A stretch of DNA of 64,000 nucleotides, from positions 62,186,001 to 62,250,000 of the forward strand of contig NC_043004.1 in assembly GCF_006345805.1 (NCBI RefSeq), in the 5' to 3' direction. Source of the stretch: Octopus sinensis (taxonomy: Eukaryota). How positions within the stretch are numbered: position 1 is the stretch's first letter; every line of letters starts with the position of its first letter. Both the position numbers and the translations under genes were made by a program. Shown piece after piece: positions 55,021 to 64,000 of the stretch. The notes under the pieces are model-generated. The model saw only the letters and a program-made list of their open reading frames with translations, searched no databases and was not told the DNA's origin.

Positions 55021-55075
55021 TGGCGTAGTGGTTAAGAGCGCGGGTTACTGACCCCAAGATTCCGAGTTCGATTCC
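55021..55075 (+). promoter_or_regulatory. Internal Pol III promoter (A and B boxes) in a tRNA-like SINE head
   Basis: TGGCGTAGTGG (55021-55031) and GAGTTCGATTCC (55064-55075), with a gggt-tactg-accc stem-loop between them. Confidence 0.8.
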
Positions 55076-55162
55076 ATGCAGTGACCTGAATAATAATAAT
55101 AATAATAATAATAACATCGAAAATAATTTAGGAACGAGAACTCAAGTTCGAAATTTTCCCCC

Positions 55163-55210
55163 AAAGTACCTGATTAAGGCTGCAGGGTATATCAGCCGAA
55201 ACGTTGCGCT
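55163..55210 (+). ncRNA. Second hammerhead motif, with a mutated core (CTGATTA)
   Basis: CTGATTA-A-GGCTG-cagggtatat-CAGCC-GAAAC-GTT. The conserved G8 is changed to T. Confidence 0.5.
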
Positions 55211-55424
55211 AACAACAAACAAGGTGAGGACAAATATCCGTCAAATGTAAATAATGAACAACACTGTTTCTTTTTTTTATGATAGAAATCCACATGCATA
55301 GATTTTCATTCTGATCCTTTCTTCATTTCTCGACTAGGAAATACTAATATCATCGATTAGGTATATACTTCACTTCTATATTGTCTCATTTCTCTCTCCC
55401 TATTTATCTCTCTCTCTTTCCCAA

Positions 55425-55469
<45 letters not shown>

Positions 55470-55479
55470 GATGACGGCG

Positions 55480-55830
55480 TCATCATCATTGTTCGACCGT
55501 GGTCGAGACAATGGAATTTACCATGCTACGCCAGAGTTCACGGTCCATCATGGCATTACAGAGGTCCTGTTGCTGGATGCCTGTATCCCTGGAGATTACA
55601 TCAGGGTAGGAGAGTGTGAGCCCTCTGGTTTTGCGAGTAGATGCCTTCCAGAGGAGAAGAGTAGAAGTTACCTCTTTTTCAGCTCTACAAAAATGTCCAG
55701 CAAAGAGATGACACAGGTGGTAGTTTTCCATATATTTGCATTTTGGTTGGATGGCGCTTCCACGAGAGATTTTGAGCTCTCATAAGGAGGCGAGTGTAGG
55801 TTCCATCCAACCGCCTCTCAAGCTTCTTTG
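55480..55830 (-). mobile_element. RTE-clade LINE 3' fragment
   Basis: ORF 55486-55731 ends LTLSYPDVISRDTGIQQQDLCNAMMDRELWRSMV, like the RTE C-terminal T..D....D.G........AM.DR..WR, followed by a short tgatga tail. Confidence 0.7.
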
Positions 55831-56157
55831 ATAACGGCGAAGTTAGCTTATGAGTTCCTTACTATCATGATCCACATGCTTCACTAAATAGAAATAGCTG
55901 TAAGTGATTTTACCTGTTTATCATAACTACTCTGCACTATTTGTTTATGTTCTTTATCTACAGACTGCGACAGCATTTAGGGCTCTATTGAACTTGTTGC
56001 AAAACTTTTAACACTACCTCTTATGTTGCCTGATACATCTAAAATTGAGGGTTTTTTTATAGCACATTTCTGGCAAAGGAATATTCATGAATTGATACAA
56101 TATGTTGACCATTTGCTAGAAAAATAAGCTAAAGGAAAAGAAAATTCGGATTTATTC

Positions 56158-57140
56158 TTAATCATCATCATCGGAGTCCTCGGTAATGCTTTTCTCGGCA
56201 CTAGAGGAGCCGCTAGGGCCCATATCCACATCTGAATCATCTCCATTGTCCTCATCGGTAGCTTCCATGGACCTGATGTGTTCCCATAACCTTTTCAAAT
56301 TCCTATTTGCTTTATTCATGCATATTTGAACAGTATTTGCTTTCAGATAATTAAAAGCACCTTTCAAACGTTGAAATGCATCTTTGAATATATTTTCTGT
56401 CGTGAACTACTTACCAACCTCTTCTTTTATACCACCCCAGACAGCTTCAATTAATTGCAAATCCGAGTAATTAGATGGTGGAAATATTACTTCACATCCT
56501 TTATCTTGAGCTATTCTTGAAACAACAGGAATCACATTATCTTGGATATTCGGATGCAGTTTCTCTTGGTGCCTTCGTGTTGTTGCCATTAAAACCATTT
56601 CCGTATTTTGTGTACACTTATTGTAATATTGCTTCATTGGCGTTCTTTCTCGTCATATTTTCGGGTAGTTTTTCATAGTACTTGGCATTGTCTCTCATAA
56701 TAAGGGCATTGGATATATTTCTGTTTAATCCATTTGACAAATTATTCATGATCAACAATGCCATGGTAATCTTTAGTTTGATTCTTTCATTTTCAAAGAT
56801 ATCAAGCGCATCCATCAGTAATGCAGCCTGTTCGATCGTTGATCTTTCAATATTTGATTGACATCTATAATTGCATCAATGAAACAATATCGTTGTCTTT
56901 TGTGATACGCAAAAGTTGTACGGTCTTCCTCATCATTTGGGTAGCACTATGAACCTTGGTTCGGACAACGTTTCTTGTGATGTAGCTTTCATCCATATAA
57001 ACAATCCCCTGAATTGTTCCTTTGTTTTCTTTCATCATTCGCTTAACATATTAGTCACGCATGAACGAAATGTGTTCCCTCAGGCGATATTCGTTACTTC
57101 CTGTTTTCTTTCCTCATTTGTGTCCCTTGCCCACTAGAAA
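56158..57140 (-). mobile_element. IS630/Tc1/mariner transposase pseudogene with long D-E spacing (Sailor/DD82E-like)
   Basis: Minus strand: IVYMDESY (D at 56991-56993), RYCFI, KDYHG, RDNAKY (D at 56690-56692), PPSNYSDLQLIEAVW (E at 56446-56448), and an acidic tail. Stops and frameshifts present. Confidence 0.8.
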
Positions 57141-59630
57141 TCTCTCAGCAGCATACAACCCAGCATTCATTTACGTTTTATTCAAATGATCCAAAATCAT
57201 AAAAGCTGTGCTTACGAAGAAACCAATCGAAAACGTCCCTCACCACAGCACTTGTTCTTATTACTCTTCTTTCTCTATCAGATTATTGCAAAGCAGTAGT
57301 CACATATCGGCAACTGAGAATTGCTCCTGGATTTGCATTTCGTTTTCCAGCAACAACTTTTTGTGTATACTGCATTCACTTGTATGCATTCTTTTCATAT
57401 ATTATTTACAAGGGCTTCTTTTCGTCGTAGCAACTTTGCAATGGTTTTGCCGGTATTTAGAGTTTTCACCTTTCGACCAGCTCCCACTTCTTTTTGCTTC
57501 GCTTCATGCTTGTGTTGAATATAAGCATATAATAATAGAATGTCCAAACACTCGGCTGTCCTCAAGATAAGGGAATGATTAACATTTACAAAAGATTTCA
57601 TTTGATCCAACATCCATTTATCAACAATAATTTTTCCAATACGTCTTTCCCAATATCATTTGCATCGATTCTTCACAACTTTCGCATAGTATTTGTATGT
57701 GAACCTGGCGTCTCATGCGGTTCTTCATTTAAAGAGCAGAGAGAGTGTTAAGACAATACATTCATACTTCGAAATACATTCAGAAACATTCATTAACATA
57801 CAAAACATATTTTATTCTTAAGCATAATTAAAATTCCTTGACAGAGAGAAAAAAAACTAATCAGGATATGAACTTCGCGGCGTGCTCCATCTCTTCCTGC
57901 GAGTTTTTGGGCTTGGAGAATGATTGGTCGGTGGGAAAAATTCAAACTTACCCTTGATGCAGCCTCGGATTGTTAAATTAATTTTTTCTCGAGTGATGAC
58001 AATGGATTTGTTTTTGCATAATCTATATTATTCAAATATATAATATACGAAAGCGTGGCTAGGTACGTAGTGAGACGTTTACTTCGCAAATACATAGTTG
58101 CATCTTCTGTACAACTGCGTAATACTTCTGCAAATAACCTCAAGTAGAGTCTCGGGTTGACCAAACCATTGTGAGTGGAATTGATAGACATTGGATGCAA
58201 CTCGACTCACACACACACACACACACACACACACGGTGTGTTAGTATGTGTTTTCGTGTGTGTGTATTAAATAAAAGGTAATATATATTATATATTTCCT
58301 TTATATATATAAAGTATGGGAGTTTTGTTCACAGGTGATCTAAACGATTAGGCACGCTAGGTATGTGCTGTAACGGATCACTAGTGCTCCAAGGTTGTGG
58401 ACTAGACTGTAGTTATGGTGCCATTTCAGATTTCCTATATAGCGGATATATAATTTTTAAAGGGTACAACAAACGTTAAAGCAAGGTGAACATCCCAAGT
58501 CATATACATAATTATTATTGGAAAAAAATTAAAAGTCATACAGTTGTTTCTGGGATATCCCAGAGTATGGGATATTCCGTCAACAGAGACAAATAGGGAA
58601 AATGAGAATGGGTATAGATTAATGAAATGACAACATTTAGGACTGGAATAAAATAATAAGGAGATGAAGAGAGAGAAGAATAAAGAAGCACAAAAGTTCA
58701 CAGTTCAATTTCCCGATATTGTAAAAATAAGTAGTTCTCATATTCCAAAATAATTTTCAAACCTAATTTTGCATAGAACTTTATTATCTCTGGTGAATAC
58801 TAGAGACATAGTCGAATTTTTTAATCAAATCACAATACTTATTAATAAAAGAAACTAATCTTATAGATCGAAAGAAAGAGGGAATGTAAATGAAACGAAC
58901 ACCATTTTAATCGTCTTTAGACGTGCTTCATATGCGTTCTATATAACATTGTACTAAATATTTAACTTCCTTTAACTACTAATAAAAGCCTAGAATATCA
59001 ATATAATAGATTTCTGTTACGTTGCAAATACCACACGAATGTTTATGCTATAAAACTTATCAAATTTCTTCCTGAAATCTATCGTCTATCACGGTCATGT
59101 TAAATTCTTAGAGTATCATCGTTTTTGTACGTGTCAGCTATCGAAATAATCATATCCGTTAATTTAACTTGTGTTTACATTGACTTTGTAATAAACTCGA
59201 TATTTATTGCCGGACCTTTTATAACCTATCTAAAATTGGTATGTACAGCACAACCAAACGTGGATATATCCGTCCACAGGCATCAATCGTATCTAGCAAC
59301 ACCAGACCCGCTAGGCTTATAAAATCGATCAGAACTTCCACGTCTATAATCTCTTACAAAACCTAGCTACAAGGATGATTCCCTTACACATTATAACCTA
59401 CTCATAACAACTAGCAGATTTCGCAGCTATTTTACTGAGGCGTTACTACCTACAGGTACCTTCACTTCTCCTCAAACACGAGTTTCTAAACAGTTTCAAT
59501 CCCACTGGCCACATTCCTGGATCATCAGCCATCTCGATTCTTCTTTAACATAACATATTACCAGTAGTTTTGAGTTGCAGTAGTTTCAATGTAACGTGAA
59601 CGGCATCAATCTAAACCACACTCGTAGGCC

Positions 59631-59680
59631 AACCCTAACCCTGAACCCTAACCCTAACCCCCAACACTAACCCTAACCCC
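59631..59680. repeat. Short degenerate interstitial (CCCTAA)n telomere-like tract
   Basis: aaccctaaccctgaaccctaaccctaacccccaacactaaccctaacccc. Confidence 0.8.
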
Positions 59681-59997
59681 ACATATATCAAAAAATAGAA
59701 ATTTTACAGAAAGTGACGATCTTCTTCAAATAAAAACAAATACACGTACCGCCGGAAGTTGTTTTGAACTTGGTGCAAACAACAGCGGTAATTGTATTCA
59801 CCTCAATAGACTTCATTGATTGGTTGAAATTGCCGAAATTCAAGAAATCAAACAAGAAATAGCTTACAAACTACATACTTTTGTCAAGAACGCCAAGAGA
59901 AAAAGATGTTTTATGTGATACATTCTACCAGTATACGAAGTGTTTATTTACAAAGAAATTAATTTTAAAATCTGCCAGTCAAAGTGAAAAGATCCCA

Positions 59998-60055
59998 CCC
60001 GTCAAATGTAAATGATGTATGTAATGTACATAATTGCTCATCTCTTAAATATGAC
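59998..60055 (+). mobile_element. Terminal fragment of the same family as 54870-55260
   Basis: ccgtcaaatgtaaat...aatgtacataattgctcatctcttaaatat matches the reverse complement of 54878-54932. Confidence 0.65.
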
Positions 60056-60890
60056 TCTGTATAGAGTATTCTATTCTTTGAAACCTTCAAAATTTAAATA
60101 ACTAACAACTATGGCACCTCTTTAATAAGTGATGCGTCCAGTAGAAACAGAAGTAGTGAAAATGCACACCTTCAGAGAGTGATAACTCTGATGGTGTTAA
60201 TTTTCGGTTGAAACCATTCAACGTTAACAATTTTGTTTGTATTTTTCCTTGACGTATAACATTATGCCAAAGTTCAATTTCTTTGTTGTCTGTTTACTCC
60301 TGCATTCAGTTTTAGTAGAAGTAAATATTTATTGTTTCGAATAGTCACCTGTCTAGTGTGCATTATATTTCCTTCATATTATTTAATCGGAATGTCTGGA
60401 AAATACTGTTTTTATTATTCTTCCATTTATTATTTATTTCATGTTCTTATTTCATCAATTCTTTATTTTACAAATTCTGTATACATTTTCGTCGGATCGG
60501 TTTCTAGTAATAAATCACGTCTTGTTTATACCATTAGCTATTAAAGAATACAATTCCCACATAAAAATCTATATAACTTATATTCAATGTCCCATACTTC
60601 ATCCTCATTTTGTTCTTATGCCTTTTAATAGTGGTAAGAATATCTCCACGTAACACGAGGATATTGAACCGACAACAATATTGCGTCCCATGCTTTTTTC
60701 GAAACCCTTTGGCTGTTACAGCATTGGAAATATGAAATATATTCATTAGTAGTGAAATTTAAAAATTACAACACGGATTTGGTTAATCATATGTATTTCG
60801 ATGGTATGTATACACACGCGCGCGCACACTGCTCTTTCAGAATTTTGACTGTTGTATTTGCCGCTCCAATCAAATTTAATATTTCTTTAG

Positions 60891-61092
60891 GGCGGCGGGC
60901 TGGCAAAATGGTTAGCACTATTTCATGGTTAGCTCTGAGTTCAAATTCCGCTAAGGTCGATTTGACTTTCATCCTTTTGGCCTCGATAAAATAAGAACCA
61001 GTTACGCTCTGGGATCGATTTAATCGGCTTAATCCCTTTCACTGTCTTTTTTTGTCCCCTCTATGTTTAGACACTGTGGGCAATAAAGAAAT
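60891..61092 (+). mobile_element. tRNA-derived SINE variant ending in ctgtgggcaataaagaaata
   Basis: ggcggcgggctggcaaaatggttagc...gagttcaaattccgctaaggtcgatttgactttcatcc...gataaaataagaaccag. Confidence 0.75.
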
Positions 61093-61284
61093 AGATGTTT
61101 CATCCATTCATCATGTATGCTACTGCTGCTACTATTAGTACTAGTGCTACTAGTACTAATACTACTAATACTGCTTCATCTTCTTCTCCTCCTCATTATC
61201 TCTTCCTTATCTCTTCCCCCTTCTCTCCTCCTCCTCTCGTCATTCTCTCACTTCATCCACCTTCTTAATATTATTATTTTATTC

Positions 61285-61378
61285 TTTTACATGTTTCAGT
61301 CATTTGACAGCGGCCATGCCAGAGCACTGCCTTTAGTCGAACAGATCGACCTCAGCACGTATTCTTCATAAGCCTAAA
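61285..61378 (-). mobile_element. SINE 3' tail (same family as 11551-11920)
   Basis: gtttcagtcatttgacagcggccatgccagagcactgcctttagtcga is the reverse complement, with mismatches, of 11862-11912. Confidence 0.75.
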
Positions 61379-61379
61379 G

Positions 61380-63720
61380 CGTGCTAAATTCTAAGGATTT
61401 TACGGATCTTTCCATCCATACTCTGCATGTCAGTGAGACTCCACCTAAAGATATCGAACCTATACATGGTTACTGGTATGGTGAAAGAATTGATCGCATT
61501 CATTCCGTTAGCAGCATTTAATTCTGATTTTAGGACCATTCTTACCCTTCGTTACCATTCCTTGCGGATTATCTATTTCATTTTAGAGTGCTGGATACTA
61601 TCAAATTCATTGGTTCCCAGGTATTTGCATACTTCATATTGGTCTAGGTTTCCAATAAATATGGCAGTATCAACTTGTATGTCTTCTACCTTTATGAACT
61701 TCCCTGCCTTGAATTTAGCCTTTCCACAGTTATCAAGTCCAAATTCCATACCACTTTCAGAGTTGAAGTCTTTGACAATATTCAAGAGCCCTTCTAATTC
61801 TTTGTCGTTTTTGGCAAACGGTTCTGGATCAACCATATAAAGTAGACGATTAATTTTCTGGTGAAAGATCTTATACCCTCTATAGGATTATTCAGTTGCG
61901 TGGATAATGGGAAAATAACGAGGCAGAATATTAATGGTGATAATGAGTAACATTGAAAGACACCACAGGTGATATTGATGTCCCGTGATATGGTATATCC
62001 TTGTGTATAGTTTAAAATGAGGGTGGATCTCCACGAATTCATGATTACTTTTAAAACGCTCAGAAATGTTGAAGCCATCTTGCAAATTTCCAGGGCCTAG
62101 ATGATCCATGCATGGGTGACACTGTCAAGAGCATTCTTGTAATCAAACCAAATGCTGCGAAGTTTTCTGCATTTCGATTTGCAATTTTCAACGAAAATTT
62201 TATCAATCAGTAATTGATCTTTACATCCATAAGAACTCCTTTTACATACCTGTTGTTCCGCTGGGAATAACATCCTATTGTCCAAGAAGTCATATGCTCT
62301 ATTCGCTATTACAGATGTTAACAGTTTATATATGGTGGTGAGGCCTCTTACAGGTTGGTATGTTGCGGGGTTAGTAGTTTCTTCTGTTTTTGGTAAGAGA
62401 CATGTAATCCCTTCTGTAAGCCAGTTTGAGGCTTTCTTAGTGTTGGGCATGGCTTCATTGGTTCCTACGGCTAAGTTGTGGTGAGTGCTCATTAAAGAGT
62501 TTCGCCAAACATTTGGAATTTTTTCTATACCTGCAGATTTCCATTTCTTTGACTTAGCGAGCGCTGCCTTCACTTCTCCAGTTGTTATATCCTACCATTC
62601 TTGATATATTTTAGGTGCATATTGACCTCTTCCATGTCTCTGACCCAATGTGCATTGTGATTAAAATCCTTTGAATTACTCCAAGTATTTTTCCAAAAAT
62701 CTTCAGTTTGCTGCTGGGGAGGAGGTATTTTCACAATAACTATATTTTTCCACAGTTCCCCGTAGAAATTTTGTCTGTACTCCTTCAATTTTATGATTTG
62801 TCTATGAATGCTGAGCGCTTTTTTTTTTTGTATCTTGCCAGTCGTTTAGATTTTAACTGTAATTTTTGTTTCATGATTTCTCTTTTTGTATCTTTTGTTT
62901 TCTTGTACAGGACATGTTTAGCAATTATTCTCATTAGTTTGTTGGGTTTATTATTTTTCACTTTGCTTGATTCAAGTGGTAAAGATGTCTTCTCTTAGTT
63001 GGATTATTTGCCGGTTTATTCTTTCCATCAATGCAGCTTGTTTGTGTACTTTGCACTTTTTAAAATCTAACTCTAATTTTAATACCGCATTTCTGAGTTG
63101 CTAAATAATCAGCTGAGTAAACAAGTTGATCAATCATTACTTCGAGAGCACTTTCTCTATTATTTTCAAAGAGTTGTATCAGCTTTCTAAGTCCTTCATC
63201 AACTTCTTCGATTACTTGTCTAGTCTTATAAATATTAATTATTCTGGGAAGTTGGTCTCTTTCGTGGAAAGGTTATGTAGTTGTATTAGATATTGTTCTA
63301 ATATTCCAATTAATAGTCCATTGATGAAGTGATCATTTATAGTGATTTTAGTATCTATTCATGGTCCATCTTAATAGGGTTCTGTGTACCTAGTTTGCTG
63401 GTTTGAGTGAGTGATTTCAGGGTTTTATTTCTGTGGGTGTGAGTGTGTGTAATACTGATCTGATTTCTGACTGATCTGACTATTTTGTCACTTTCGCTGT
63501 CTGCGTGTCGTTATATCTTAGGATATCACATCTCGCAGCACCCGGATCATTATGTCCATGTACAGCTTACTGTACGTGTTTTTGTTTTACCTCCAGACAT
63601 TGTGGGTCTCTTTTGTGTACTTGATGTGTCTGGGTTTAGTGTTGAATAAAAATATTCATGCACACCTTCGATATATTCTTCCTTAGACGATTTTTGTCTT
63701 CTATTTCTTTGAGATAGGTT
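61380..63720 (-). mobile_element. R4/Dong-clade LINE, decayed, 3' part missing
   Basis: Minus-strand ORFs: EDFWKNTWS; KKWKSAGIEKIPNVW...SYGCKDQLLIDK...WFDYKNALDSVTHAWI; GVFQCYSLSPLIFCL; MEFGLDNCGK...CKYLG; RRVRMVLKSELN. The 5' end abuts an (AAC)/(TAA) tract. Confidence 0.85.
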
Positions 63721-63762
63721 TGGTAGTTGTTGTTGTTGCTATTACTATTATTATTATTATTA

Positions 63763-63871
63763 TGCTATAGCCCATCTTTTATACGGAGACAAAACAACGT
63801 AATGATAATATTTCCAATCAATTATGACGAAAAACCGTGAGCGCCACTGCCTGGTATGCATCAGGGCATTT
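63763..63871 (-). mobile_element. TAA-flanked retroposon, copy D (5'-terminal 110 bp only)
   Basis: Reverse complement aaatgccctgatgcataccaggcagtggc...ataaaagatgggctatagca matches the 5' parts of copies C and B. Confidence 0.7.
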
Positions 63872-63885
63872 ATTATTCTTAATAT

Positions 63886-64000
63886 TCTTCTTCTTCTTCT
63901 TCTTCTTCTTCTTCTTCTTCTTCTTCTTCTTCTTCTTCTTCTTCTCCTTCTTTTTCTCCTTCTCCTTCTTCTTCTCCTTCTCTGTCTTCTTCTCCTTCTT
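63886..64000. repeat. (TTC)n microsatellite decaying into a CT-rich tract
   Basis: Direct reading. Confidence 0.9.

Larger units (their letters stand above)
54870..55260 (+). mobile_element. Non-autonomous element: inverted 3' copy + tRNA-like head + (TAA)n + hammerhead-like tail
   Basis: 54915-55008 is the reverse complement of 55163-55256, and a Pol III head lies between the two arms. Confidence 0.75.

Noticed and set aside
55015-55085. Functional tRNA gene
   Set aside because: The A and B boxes are present, but I see no complete acceptor stem and it runs into a repeat tail, so it is a SINE head.
59120-59520. Possible CR1/L2 3' coding remnant (similar hint at 23700-24000)
   Set aside because: The motif similarity is too weak to support a call.

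Overview
AT-rich, microsatellite-dense eukaryotic non-coding DNA. I found no recognisable host-gene exon. The tRNA-derived SINE families and repeat landscape suggest a coleoid cephalopod, probably Octopus (inference, not verified). The only intact long ORF is ORF2 (45664-49101; APE endonuclease, RT, CCHC) of an apparently full-length Tx1/L1-clade LINE (about 43411-49490). That LINE sits in a (TATC)n field next to an independent 5'-truncated copy with the same 3' junction. The other elements are decayed: three R4/Dong-type LINEs beside (TAA)n, a Penelope-like element, an RTE 3' end, mariner fragments, a Tc1/IS630-type transposase with about 80-residue D-E spacing, foldback MITEs and several SINEs. 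The best candidate for a novel system is a small element at about 54870-55260 that joins a tRNA-like Pol III head to a hammerhead-ribozyme core, preceded by an inverted copy of that core; it looks like a Penelope-dependent SINE or retrozyme. Two further leads are (TATC)n targeting by the Tx1 element and a SINE whose 3' tail resembles the Tx1 3' end. All calls are by eye, and most element boundaries are approximate.
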